Shown here: positions 39,538 through 48,713 of the stretch, in pieces
Numbering within the stretch: position 1 is the stretch's first letter
How the letters are laid out: each line of letters begins with the position of its first letter
Source of the DNA: an uncultured delta proteobacterium
GTDB lineage: Bacteria; Myxococcota; UBA727; VGSZ01
Direction of reading: 5' to 3'
Assembly: GCA_963775425.1 (NCBI GenBank)
Contig: CAVZJB010000011.1
Location: 608,001-672,000 of the forward strand
DNA length: 64,000 nucleotides
Notes under the pieces: generated by a model
Databases searched by the model: none
What the model was told of the DNA's origin: nothing
Seen by the model: only the letters and a program-made list of their open reading frames with translations
Position numbers and translations under genes: made by a program

Positions 39538-40512
39538 ATGGTCGAGGTCGTCGACGTCAACGATCTGTCTCACACCGAGGCCCGCCGCGCGGTGTCGACG
39601 GGTGCGCCGGTGTACCTCTTCGTGAACCCCGTGGAGTTCCACGGGCCGCACCTCCCGCTGCACAACGACGAGCTCGTGGCCCGCGGGCTCGCGCGCGACC
39701 TGCACGCGCGCGCGTTCGACGACGCCGGCCCGCTCCTTGTCGGCGGCCGCCTCGAGATGGGCGTCGACCCGTGTCCGGGTCCGGGGACGCGCGCGTTCTC
39801 GTTCGACGTCGTGAGGGACGCGGTCACGGACGCCTGCGACAGCCTGGTCGACCTCGGCGCGAGGAAGATCGTGGCCATGACGTTTCACGGGTCGCCGCTG
39901 CACGAGCACGCCATCGACGTCGGGCTCGCCGCCGCCCGCAAACGGGGGGCGCGCGCGCTCAACCCGATGAACCTCCTGCTGGATCTCCTCGTCACGGTGG
40001 ACGGGCGCCGCTTCGCGCCTGCGGTCGATCACATCGACGACGCCGCCGAGCGCGCGCGGCTGTTGGAGCTGATGCCCGTGGACTTCCACGCCGGCTTCTT
40101 CGAGACGAGCATGACGCTGCACTACGCGCCGGCGTCGGTGTCGCCGGCGCACGCGGAGCTGCCGCCGTGTGCCGGGCTGCCGCTGGACCCGGTGCTCGCG
40201 CGCCTCGAGCGCGCCGCCCGCGCCATCGGCCGCACCCGTCTCGCCGACGAATTCCTGCTGGCCGCGCGCTCGCAAGGGTGGGGATCCCTGCGGCCGTTCC
40301 CGGGCTACACGTCGTCGCCGCACCGGGCGACGGCGTCCACGGGCGCCTACTTCGCCGGCCAGATCATCGACCTGTACGCGCCCGTGGTGCGCGGGGTCCT
40401 CGACGGCGTGCGCGACGCGCCGCCGCCGGTGATGCCGTGGGTGCTGTGGGCGACGCTCGGCGGCCGCGTCGAGGCGGCGAAGAAGGTGGAGCTTCACGAG
40501 GTGCGGGCATGA
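39538..40512 (+). CDS. Creatininase-family amidohydrolase
   Basis: Motifs PVEFHGPHLPLHND, FHGS and DFHAGFFETS. Confidence 0.85.
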   Translation: MVEVVDVNDLSHTEARRAVSTGAPVYLFVNPVEFHGPHLPLHNDELVARGLARDLHARAFDDAGPLLVGGRLEMGVDPCPGPGTRAFSFDVVRDAVTDACDSLVDLGARKIVAMTFHGSPLHEHAIDVGLAAARKRGARALNPMNLLLDLLVTVDGRRFAPAVDHIDDAAERARLLELMPVDFHAGFFETSMTLHYAPASVSPAHAELPPCAGLPLDPVLARLERAARAIGRTRLADEFLLAARSQGWGSLRPFPGYTSSPHRATASTGAYFAGQIIDLYAPVVRGVLDGVRDAPPPVMPWVLWATLGGRVEAAKKVELHEVRA

Positions 40513-41522
40513 CGCAGGAAGCAGCGAACAAGTCCGCGGCCAAGGCCGTCAAGCCCGATCCGCTCGAGCACGTCGCCATGTTGAGCGGGGTGCCGGCGGC
40601 GTTGCGCCGCGAGCTGGCCAAGACGGCGGTGCCGAAGAACCTCGAGGGCGGCGAGGTGCTCATCAGGCAGGGCGAGCCCGGCGTGCGCATGTACTTCCTG
40701 CTGCAGGGGGAGCTGTACGTCACGCTCGGCGATCCCTCGGCGGAGCCCATCGCGCGCATCCACGCGGGAGAGACCGTCGGCGAGCTCGGCGTCCTCGAGG
40801 GCGGGTTGGCGTCGGCGCACGTGGTGGCCCACGGCCCCTGCGAGCTGCTCGCGCTCGACGAGGAGGCCTTCTGGTCGCTGACGCACAAGTCGCACGCGTT
40901 CGCCATCAACCTCATCGTCAAGCTCGCCGAGCGCTTGCGCGCCAACAACGCCACCGTGTCGGGCAACATCGAAAAGCGCAGGCTCTACGAGCGCGCCGCC
41001 ATGTTCGACGGCCTCACCGGCATCCACAACCGCCGCTGGCTCGACGAGAACCTCACGCGCCTCGTGGAGCGCCACCACCTCGGCGACACGGACGACGACG
41101 GTCGCACGGTGCGCTCGCCCATGGCCGTCGCCCTCATCGACATCGACCACTTCAAGCGCTTCAACGACGGCCACGGGCACGAGGCCGGCGACGTCGTGCT
41201 GAGCGGCGTGGCGTCGGTGCTCGCGCAGAACCTCCGCCCCACGGACCTCGTGGCGCGCTTCGGCGGCGAGGAGTTCGTCATCCTCTTCCCCGACACCGTC
41301 CTCGACGAAGCCAAGGTCGCGTGCGAGCGCGTGCGCCAAGCGGTGGCGGCGGCCACGGTGACGATGCCCGACGGCGCCGCGCTCCCGGCGGTGACCATCT
41401 CGCTCGGCGTGGCGGAGCTTCAGGACAAGGAGGAGCCCCCGGGCATCCTCAAGCGCGCCGACGCAGCCATGTACGAGGCGAAGCGCGGCGGGCGAAACCG
41501 CGTGGTGGCGGCCCCCCGCTGA
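40509..41522 (+). CDS. cNMP-binding diguanylate cyclase
   Basis: LIRQGEPG...GELGVL cNMP domain; DGLTGIHNRR, DIDHFK, RPTD I-site, GGEEF. Confidence 0.93.
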   Translation: MTQEAANKSAAKAVKPDPLEHVAMLSGVPAALRRELAKTAVPKNLEGGEVLIRQGEPGVRMYFLLQGELYVTLGDPSAEPIARIHAGETVGELGVLEGGLASAHVVAHGPCELLALDEEAFWSLTHKSHAFAINLIVKLAERLRANNATVSGNIEKRRLYERAAMFDGLTGIHNRRWLDENLTRLVERHHLGDTDDDGRTVRSPMAVALIDIDHFKRFNDGHGHEAGDVVLSGVASVLAQNLRPTDLVARFGGEEFVILFPDTVLDEAKVACERVRQAVAAATVTMPDGAALPAVTISLGVAELQDKEEPPGILKRADAAMYEAKRGGRNRVVAAPR

Positions 41523-41528
41523 GCGGCG

Positions 41529-41551
41529 GCCCGCCGGGCAATCCGGCGGGC
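41529..41551. terminator. Stem-loop after the GGDEF gene
   Basis: GCCCGCCGG-GCAAT-CCGGCGGGC; no U-tract. Confidence 0.35.
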
Positions 41552-41581
41552 GTGACGACGACAGGAACGCCCTCCGGGTCG

Positions 41582-41609
41582 TTGACCGGATCCCGCGATC
41601 TGCTAACTC
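41582..41609 (+). promoter_or_regulatory. Possible sigma70 promoter of gyrA
   Basis: TTGACC, 16-nt spacer, then TAACTC preceded by TG (extended -10); ends 6 nt before the ATG. Confidence 0.35.
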
Positions 41610-41615
41610 CGGGCC

Positions 41616-44402
41616 ATGAGCGACACCCCGGAAAAGCCCCCCGAAAACGGTGACGGTGACGGCGGCGGCCGCCGCGACGTGAGCGAGATCTCCATCGTCG
41701 ACGAGATGCGGGACAGCTACCGCGACTACTCGATGAGCGTCATCATCGGGCGCGCGCTCCCCGACGTGCGCGACGGGCTCAAGCCGGTGCACCGGCGCAT
41801 CCTCTACGCCATGTACGACGAGGGCCTGCTCCCCTCGCGCAAGTACTCCAAGTGCGCCGGCGTCGTCGGCGAGGTCTTGAAGAAGTACCACCCCCACGGC
41901 GACGCCTCGGTCTACGACGCGCTCGTCCGCCTGGCGCAACCCTGGAACATGGGCGCCCTGCTCGTCGACGGGCAGGGGAACTTCGGTTCCGTCGACGGCG
42001 ACCCGCCCGCCGCCTACCGCTACACCGAGTCGCGCCTGGCCAAGCTCGCCGAAGAGCTGCTGCGTGACATCGAGAAGAACACCGTAGACTTCCTCCCCAA
42101 CTTCGACGGCACCCACGAAGAGCCCACGGTGCTCCCGTCGCGCGTGCCCAACCTCCTCGTGAACGGCTCCGAGGGCATCGCCGTGGCCATGGCCACGCGT
42201 TGCCCGCCGCACAACCTCAACGAGGTCATCCACTGCCTGGTCGCGCTCATCGAGGAGCGCTACGAGGGCAAGGAGAAGCTCACCACCCGCCGCCTCGTCG
42301 AGCTCATGCCGGGGCCGGACTTCCCCACCGGCGGCCAGCTCTGCGGCCAGGCGGGCGTCTACAACTACTACGAGACCGGCAAGGGCGCGCTCAAGCTGCG
42401 CGGCGTCGCGCGCATCGAGGACAACGCCCGGACCAAGAAGACGCAGATCATCATCGACGAGATCCCGTTCCAGGTGAACAAGGCCAAGCTCGTCGAGCGC
42501 ATCGCCGAGCTCGTGCGCGACAAGAAGGTCGACGGCATCAGCGAGCTGCGAGACGAGAGCGACCGCACCGGCATGCGCATCGCCATCGACCTCAAGCGCG
42601 ACGCCATCGGCGACATCGTGCTCAACCAGCTCTACAAGCACACGCCGCTCGAGATCACCTACCCGGTCACCATGCTGTCCATCGTCGACGGGCAGCCCAA
42701 GACGCTCGGCATGCGCGCGCTGCTCGAGACGTTCATCGACTTCCGCCGCGAAGTGGTCACGCGCCGTACGCGCTTCGAGCTCGACGAGGCCGAGCGCCGC
42801 TTCCACACCGTCGCCGGCCTGGTCACCGCGCTCGACGACATCGACCGCGTCATCACCATCATTCGCTCCAGCCGCGACACGGACGAGGCCAAGCAGAAGC
42901 TCTGCGCCGAGAAGTTCATGGGCGCGGTGAAGCTCGGCCTGTTCGCGTCGGCGCCCACGCCGCAGATCGCGGGCTGGTTGCAGCAGGGCTACGCCCAGCT
43001 CGACGAGGCGCAGGCGCAGGCCATCCTCGAGATGCGCCTCTCCCGCCTCGTCGGCCTCGAGCGGGACAAGCTCCTCGAGGAGGGTGAGGACCTGCTGCGC
43101 GAGATCGATCGCTTGAAGGAGATCCTCGCGGACCTGAAGGTCCTGATGCAGGTCATCAAGAACGAGCTCAAGGACATCCAGACGCGCTTCGCCGTCGACC
43201 GGCGCACGCGCATCGTGGCCGACGTCGACGAGATCAACGTCGAGGACCTCATCGCCGAGGAGGAGATGGTCGTCACCATCTCCCACGCCGGCTACATCAA
43301 GAGGTCTCCGCTGTCCGCCTACCGCGCGCAAAAGCGCGGCGGGAAGGGCAAGTCCGCGGCAAAGACCAAGGACGAGGACTTCATCCAGGACGCGTTCGTG
43401 GCCTCCACCCACGCGTACCTCCTCACCTTCACCAACAAGGGCAAGGTGTACTGGGTGAAGGTGCACCAGGTGCCCGAGGCGGGCGGCCAGTCGCGCGGCC
43501 GGCCCATCATCAACCTCGTGCAGCTCGAGCAGGGTGCGGACGGCACCGGCGAGAAGGTGTGCGCGGTGCTGCCGGTGCGCAAGTTCCCAGAGAAGGAAGG
43601 CGAGGGCTACGTCGTCTTCTGCAGCAAGAACGGCACCGTCAAGAAGACGGACCTCACGCAGTACTCCAACCCGCGCTCCACCGGCCTCATCGCCTGCGGC
43701 ATCGACACTGACGACGAGCTCATCGCCGTCGTCATCACCGATGACCAGAGCGACCTCTTCCTCACCACCGCCGACGGCATGTCCATCCGCTTCAAGGCGA
43801 GCGACGTGCGGCCCATGGGGCGCTCGGCGGTGGGCGTCATCGGCATCAAGCTGACGCAGCAGGACAGCGGCGCCAAGGACGCGGTCGTGGCCATGGAGGC
43901 GCTGCCGGCCGGCGGCGGCGCCGAGGTCGAGCCGTCGGTGATGACGGTGACCGAGCGCGGCTACGGCAAGCGCACGCAGGCCAAGGAGTACCCGCAACAA
44001 AACCGCGCGGGCATGGGCGTCATCACCATCAAGACCACGGAGCGGAACGGCCGCGTCGCCGGCGCCATCGTCGTCACCCCCGGTGACCAGGCCATGGTGG
44101 TCACCGACGGCGGCACCCTCATCCGCATCGCCACGGACGACGTGAGCGAGATGGGGCGCAACACGCAGGGCGTTCGCATCCTCAACGTCGACGAGAGCGA
44201 GCGCGTCGTCACCGTCGTGCGCATCGACGAGCCGGCGGTGAAGGGCGGCTCGCAGGTGGACGGCTCGCCGGTCACCGAGTCGGAGGAGGGCGCGCCGGTG
44301 GAGGCCGGCTCCGCCGACGCCGACGACGATGGCGACACCGAGCCGCCCACGCCCACCATGTCCGACGCCGACGACGACGACACCGACGAAGGCGACGCGT
44401 GA
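41616..44402 (+). CDS. gyrA: DNA gyrase subunit A
   Basis: Motifs [29 protein letters not shown] (catalytic Tyr), GyrA-box QKRGGKG, pinwheel repeats and an acidic tail. Confidence 0.97.
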   Translation: MSDTPEKPPENGDGDGGGRRDVSEISIVDEMRDSYRDYSMSVIIGRALPDVRDGLKPVHRRILYAMYDEGLLPSRKYSKCAGVVGEVLKKYHPHGDASVYDALVRLAQPWNMGALLVDGQGNFGSVDGDPPAAYRYTESRLAKLAEELLRDIEKNTVDFLPNFDGTHEEPTVLPSRVPNLLVNGSEGIAVAMATRCPPHNLNEVIHCLVALIEERYEGKEKLTTRRLVELMPGPDFPTGGQLCGQAGVYNYYETGKGALKLRGVARIEDNARTKKTQIIIDEIPFQVNKAKLVERIAELVRDKKVDGISELRDESDRTGMRIAIDLKRDAIGDIVLNQLYKHTPLEITYPVTMLSIVDGQPKTLGMRALLETFIDFRREVVTRRTRFELDEAERRFHTVAGLVTALDDIDRVITIIRSSRDTDEAKQKLCAEKFMGAVKLGLFASAPTPQIAGWLQQGYAQLDEAQAQAILEMRLSRLVGLERDKLLEEGEDLLREIDRLKEILADLKVLMQVIKNELKDIQTRFAVDRRTRIVADVDEINVEDLIAEEEMVVTISHAGYIKRSPLSAYRAQKRGGKGKSAAKTKDEDFIQDAFVASTHAYLLTFTNKGKVYWVKVHQVPEAGGQSRGRPIINLVQLEQGADGTGEKVCAVLPVRKFPEKEGEGYVVFCSKNGTVKKTDLTQYSNPRSTGLIACGIDTDDELIAVVITDDQSDLFLTTADGMSIRFKASDVRPMGRSAVGVIGIKLTQQDSGAKDAVVAMEALPAGGGAEVEPSVMTVTERGYGKRTQAKEYPQQNRAGMGVITIKTTERNGRVAGAIVVTPGDQAMVVTDGGTLIRIATDDVSEMGRNTQGVRILNVDESERVVTVVRIDEPAVKGGSQVDGSPVTESEEGAPVEAGSADADDDGDTEPPTPTMSDADDDDTDEGDA

Positions 44403-45595
44403 CGCTGGCGGCGCGAGCGGCGCGCGGCGCGCCCAAGTGGAGCGCCTGCCTGGCGGCCTTGGTCGCAGCGGCGCTCACCGGCTGCGTGCCGGCCACCGGC
44501 GCCGGCGAGGCCGTGGGCAAGGAGGGCAAGGTGGTCTTCGACGCCGAGACCAACCTGGCCTTCTCCACGCGCCTCGTCGTCGGGAGCGCGTTCGTGGTGG
44601 GGTTCAAGGCTCGCAGCGACGAGGACAAGGGGGCCGTGGCCAAGGCCCTGCTCGAGAGCAGCGACGACAAGGTGCTCACGGTCGACGCCGGCGGGCGCGT
44701 CGAGATCACCGGCCCCGGCGCCGCCGAGCTCCAGGTGAACGGCCCCGACGGCACGGTCGACAGCATCGACATCCACGCGGGCAAGGCCGGCGCGACCACC
44801 CTCGTGGACCCGGTGCTCCTCGCGGCGGCGCCCGAGGTGGACGCGCGGCTCCCGGACGCCTTCGCCATCCACAAGGACCTCGACACGGGCCTCGAGGTCT
44901 CCGCTCTCGACACCTGCGGCGGCGAGCTCCTCGACCTGCACGCGTCGTCCCTCGAGGTGGGCGGGGCCACGTCCACGGCGGCGGCGGCGGGCCCGGCCTC
45001 GTTCGTGGTGCACGCCGTCGACGCCGGCGACGTCACCCTCACGCTCCACACGCCCGGCCTCGACGACCTCGCGTACACCGTGCACTCCATCGACCCCGCG
45101 CAGGTGGACGAGGTCGACGTCGCGGTGACGTCCGCCGACGACCAGGGGAACGTCACGCTGTGGGGCCGCGCGTTCGAAAACGACGTCGAGCTCATCGGCG
45201 ACCTGAATTTCTCGTGGAGCTCCGACGAGCGCGTCACGCTCAACGGCCTCCAGGGGATGGTGGTCGACGGCAGCGTCTCGTTCCCCGCCGACGGCGAGCC
45301 GCCCGACGATCGCCCGGCCGAGGTGAGCGCGGAGGTGTTCGGCGAGACGGGCACCCTCGACCTCCTTCAGGCCGGGCTCACCACCACCACCTCCCGCGGC
45401 GACCCCGCCCGCGTCCTCGACGACGCGAGCAGCGGCGCTGGCGGCGGCTGCGGCGGCAGCAGCGCGCCCTGCGATCCCGAGGCCGCGCTCGTCGCCGTTC
45501 TGGGGTTGCGCGGCCTCGTCCGGCTCCGCCGCCACGCCGCCGCGCCCCGAAGGGGCGGGCAGGGCTCCCTTCCGCGCGGCGGCCGGCCGGCATGA
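44399..45595 (+). CDS. Lipoprotein with beta-rich domains and a MYXO-CTERM-like tail
   Basis: Lipobox ALTGC; C-terminal GGGCG...AALVAVLGL...RLRR. Confidence 0.65.
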   Translation: MTLAARAARGAPKWSACLAALVAAALTGCVPATGAGEAVGKEGKVVFDAETNLAFSTRLVVGSAFVVGFKARSDEDKGAVAKALLESSDDKVLTVDAGGRVEITGPGAAELQVNGPDGTVDSIDIHAGKAGATTLVDPVLLAAAPEVDARLPDAFAIHKDLDTGLEVSALDTCGGELLDLHASSLEVGGATSTAAAAGPASFVVHAVDAGDVTLTLHTPGLDDLAYTVHSIDPAQVDEVDVAVTSADDQGNVTLWGRAFENDVELIGDLNFSWSSDERVTLNGLQGMVVDGSVSFPADGEPPDDRPAEVSAEVFGETGTLDLLQAGLTTTTSRGDPARVLDDASSGAGGGCGGSSAPCDPEAALVAVLGLRGLVRLRRHAAAPRRGGQGSLPRGGRPA

Positions 45596-46332
45596 GCGAG
45601 GCGCTCGTCGACGCCCGCTCGTTGTCGCGGCGCTTCGGCGACACCGCCGCCGTCAGCGACGTCAGCTTCTCGCTCGCCCGCGGCGAGGTGGCCGGCTTCC
45701 TCGGCCACAACGGCGCCGGCAAGTCCACGACGCTGCGCATCCTCGCCGGCGCGCTGTCGCCCACGGGCGGGCAGGCCCTCATCGATGGTCATGGTTCATC
45801 AACGATGGAAGCGAGGAGGAACGTCGGCTTCCTCCCGGAGACGCCTCCCCTGACGGCGGAGCTCACCGTCGAGGAGCAGCTCGGCTTCGCGGCCGGGATC
45901 CGCGTGGGCGGCCCGCGCGCCCGGCGCAAGGCGGCGGTCGCGGCGGTGGTGGAGCGCTGCGGCCTGGGCGACGTCCGGCGGAAGCTGAATTCCACACTTT
46001 CGAAAGGAACGAAGCAGCGGGTGGGCCTCGCCCAGGCGCTCCTCGGCGACCCTCCGGTGCTGCTCCTCGATGAGCCCACGGCGGGCCTCGATCCCAAGCA
46101 GGCCGCGGCGGTGCGGGAGCTCATCCGCGACCTCGGCGCCGGCCACGCGGTGCTGCTGTCCACGCACCTGCTCCACGAGGTGACGGCGCTGTGCTCGCGC
46201 GCCCTGCTCTTGCGCCGCGGCCGCCTGGTGGTGGACGACAGCCTCGACGGCCTCCGCGCCCGCGGCGGCTCCCTCGAACAGACTGTGCTCGCCGCCCTCG
46301 ACGACGAGCCCGCGGCCGAGGCGACACCGTGA
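45592..46332 (+). CDS. ABC transporter ATP-binding protein (GldA-like)
   Basis: Walker A GHNGAGKST, signature LSKGTKQRV, Walker B LLLDEPT, and STH. Confidence 0.93.
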   Translation: MSEALVDARSLSRRFGDTAAVSDVSFSLARGEVAGFLGHNGAGKSTTLRILAGALSPTGGQALIDGHGSSTMEARRNVGFLPETPPLTAELTVEEQLGFAAGIRVGGPRARRKAAVAAVVERCGLGDVRRKLNSTLSKGTKQRVGLAQALLGDPPVLLLDEPTAGLDPKQAAAVRELIRDLGAGHAVLLSTHLLHEVTALCSRALLLRRGRLVVDDSLDGLRARGGSLEQTVLAALDDEPAAEATP

Positions 46333-46342
46333 CGCCCTCGTC

Positions 46343-47176
46343 GTGCGGCGGGCCCTCGTGGCGCGCGCGGGAGGCGTCGTGAGCGCCGCGCGGGCGGTGC
46401 TCGGGCGCGAGCTGCGCGTGGTGTTCACCACGCCGCTGGCGTGGGCGGCGCTGGGGGCGTTCTCCCTCGTCACCGCGCTGCTGTTCTGGCTCGAGCTGCT
46501 GAGCTTCGAGGTCGCCCAGCAGCGGGCGCTGGCCGTCAACGATCCCCAGCTCCTGGCGCTCCTCGACTTCAACGACCTGCTCATCGGCAGCGTGCTCAAC
46601 CACGCTCAGGTGCTTTTGATCTTCGTGGTCCCGCTCCTCACCATGCGGCTGTTCGCCGACGAGGCGCGCCAGGGGACGCTCGACTTCCTCCTCGCCGCGC
46701 CCATGCGCACCTGGTCCCTGGTGCTCGGCAAGATCGGCAGCGTCGTGGTCGTGGTCGTCGCCGCCGCGGCGGTGTTGCTCGTGTACCCGGCGCTCCTCCA
46801 GGTCTTCGGCCGCGCCGTGGTGCAAGGCGACGGCATCGTCGACTGGGCCCAGGTCGCGAGCGGCCTGCTCGGCGTCATCCTGTGCGGCACGCTCTACGCC
46901 GCGCTCGGCGCCGCCCTGTCAGCCGCCACCAACAGCCCGTCCGCCGCCGCGCTCGTCACCGCGCTCGCCCTGGTGGCCCTCTGGTTCGGCGGCAGCGCCG
47001 CCCCGGGGCTGGCGGGCTCGGCGGGCAACGTCGTCGCCTGGGTGGCGCCGGCGTCGCACCTCGAGCGGCTCGCGCGTGGCGTCGTCGCCGTCCCGGACCT
47101 CGTGTACTTCCTGGGCGGCACGGCGGCCCTGGCCTTCATCACCACGCGTCTCGTCGACGCGAGGAGGCGCGCATGA
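46343..47176 (+). CDS. ABC-2 permease (GldF-like)
   Basis: Motifs RELRVVFTTPLAW and PLLTMRLFADEARQGT; about 6 TM segments; start uncertain (46343 or 46379). Confidence 0.88.
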   Translation: MRRALVARAGGVVSAARAVLGRELRVVFTTPLAWAALGAFSLVTALLFWLELLSFEVAQQRALAVNDPQLLALLDFNDLLIGSVLNHAQVLLIFVVPLLTMRLFADEARQGTLDFLLAAPMRTWSLVLGKIGSVVVVVVAAAAVLLVYPALLQVFGRAVVQGDGIVDWAQVASGLLGVILCGTLYAALGAALSAATNSPSAAALVTALALVALWFGGSAAPGLAGSAGNVVAWVAPASHLERLARGVVAVPDLVYFLGGTAALAFITTRLVDARRRA

Positions 47177-48705
47177 CGACGCTCACGGGCTCGCTCGCGC
47201 GCGTCGTCTTCGTCTGCGGCCTCGCCGTCGCCCTCACGGCGGCCACCGTGGGCAGCGCGTTCTTCGGCGTGACCACGTGGCTCACGCTCGTGCCCCTCGG
47301 GGCCGGCCTGGTCGCCGCTGCCGCCGGCGGCGTCGCGTCCTTGCGCGGCGCCCGCGTCGACGGGCGCGGTGCGCGCGCCGTGGTCGAGTGCGCCGTCGTC
47401 GTCGTGCTCGCCGTCGCCGCCAACGTCGTGGCGCTGCGCTTCCCCGCGGCCGTCGACGTCACCCGCAGCAAGCGCAACACGCTCGCCGAGCAGAGCGTCC
47501 AGGTCGCGCGCGCCCTGAAGGAGCCGGTGGTGGTCCGCGCGGTGCTCGACGCGGACGACCGCGCCTTCGCCGACCTGCGCGACCTCGTCGAGCGCTACCG
47601 CCGCGAGACCTCGGAGCTCACGCTCGAGCGCGTCCAACCCGCGGCGGGCGCGGCCAACGGCGACGACAAGGTGGTCCTCGTCGCGGGCGATCGGCGACAG
47701 AAGGTGCACTTCGAGGCGGGGGCGCCCGATCAGGAGGCGCAGCTCACCCGCGCGTTGAAGGCCATCGAGACGCGAACGCGTGCGCGCGTCTACGTGCTCG
47801 CGGGCCACGGCGAGGCCGCCGTCGACGACGACGGGCCCCCGGGCCTGCGCCGCCTCGGCCAGGCGCTCGTGGACGAGGGCTTCGAGGTCGTCCCGCTGCC
47901 GCTGGCCGCGGTGGGCCGCGTGCCGGAGGACGCGGCGGCCGTGATCGTGGCGGGGGCCAGGCCGTTTTTGGCGCCGCCCTCCGGGGACGGCGACGCGGGG
48001 GCGCCGTCGAGCGCCCGCGGCGACGGCGCGGCGTTGCAGCGCTACCTCGACGGCGGCGGCCGGCTGCTGCTGCTCCTCGAGCCCGGCGGCGAGGACTTCG
48101 CGAGCCTGCTCGGCTCCGTCGGGGTCCAGCCGAACGGCGACGTCGTCATCGACAACTCGAGCTTCTCGGGGCTCCTCGGCGGGCCGGACACGGCGACGGG
48201 CGTGGCGTACGCGACGCACCCGGTGACGGCGAAGCTCGGCGGCGCGCTCACGCACTTCCTCCACGCGCGCTCGTTGGCGGAGAACCCCGGGACGCCGGCG
48301 ACGGTCACCGCGCTCGTGCAGACCGGCGCCGACACCTGGGGCGAGACGCACCTCGTGCCGGGGACGCCGCCGCAAAAGGACGACGCCGACATCGCCGGCC
48401 CGCTGACGATGATGATGGCAGTGACGGCGCCGGGCGGCGCGCGGGTCGCGGTCGCAGGCGACGCCACCTTCGCGGAGAACCGAGGCATCGGCCTGGGCGC
48501 CAACCGCGACCTCGCCGTCAACGCCGTGCTCTGGCTCGCCGACAAGCAGAGCGACATCGCCGTGCGCGCCCGCGGCCGCGGCGGTAACCTCCTGCTGCTC
48601 ACCCCCACGGCGCGCGAGCGCATCGCGTTCGTCTTGCTCTACGGCATGCCGGTGCTGCTGTTGTGCGCCGGCCTCGCCATCAGCGCGGTGCGACGGCGTC
48701 GGTGA
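47173..48705 (+). CDS. GldG-like ABC auxiliary component
   Basis: Motifs DVTRSKRNTL, VYVLAGHGE, YLDGGG and N.DLAVNAVLWL; C-terminal TM segment plus RRRR. Confidence 0.85.
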   Translation: MTTLTGSLARVVFVCGLAVALTAATVGSAFFGVTTWLTLVPLGAGLVAAAAGGVASLRGARVDGRGARAVVECAVVVVLAVAANVVALRFPAAVDVTRSKRNTLAEQSVQVARALKEPVVVRAVLDADDRAFADLRDLVERYRRETSELTLERVQPAAGAANGDDKVVLVAGDRRQKVHFEAGAPDQEAQLTRALKAIETRTRARVYVLAGHGEAAVDDDGPPGLRRLGQALVDEGFEVVPLPLAAVGRVPEDAAAVIVAGARPFLAPPSGDGDAGAPSSARGDGAALQRYLDGGGRLLLLLEPGGEDFASLLGSVGVQPNGDVVIDNSSFSGLLGGPDTATGVAYATHPVTAKLGGALTHFLHARSLAENPGTPATVTALVQTGADTWGETHLVPGTPPQKDDADIAGPLTMMMAVTAPGGARVAVAGDATFAENRGIGLGANRDLAVNAVLWLADKQSDIAVRARGRGGNLLLLTPTARERIAFVLLYGMPVLLLCAGLAISAVRRRR

Positions 48706-48713
48706 TCCGTGCG

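Noticed and set aside
45592-48705. Bacteroidetes-type gliding motility locus
   Set aside because: GldAFG-like ABC systems are widespread, and no other gld or T9SS genes are present.
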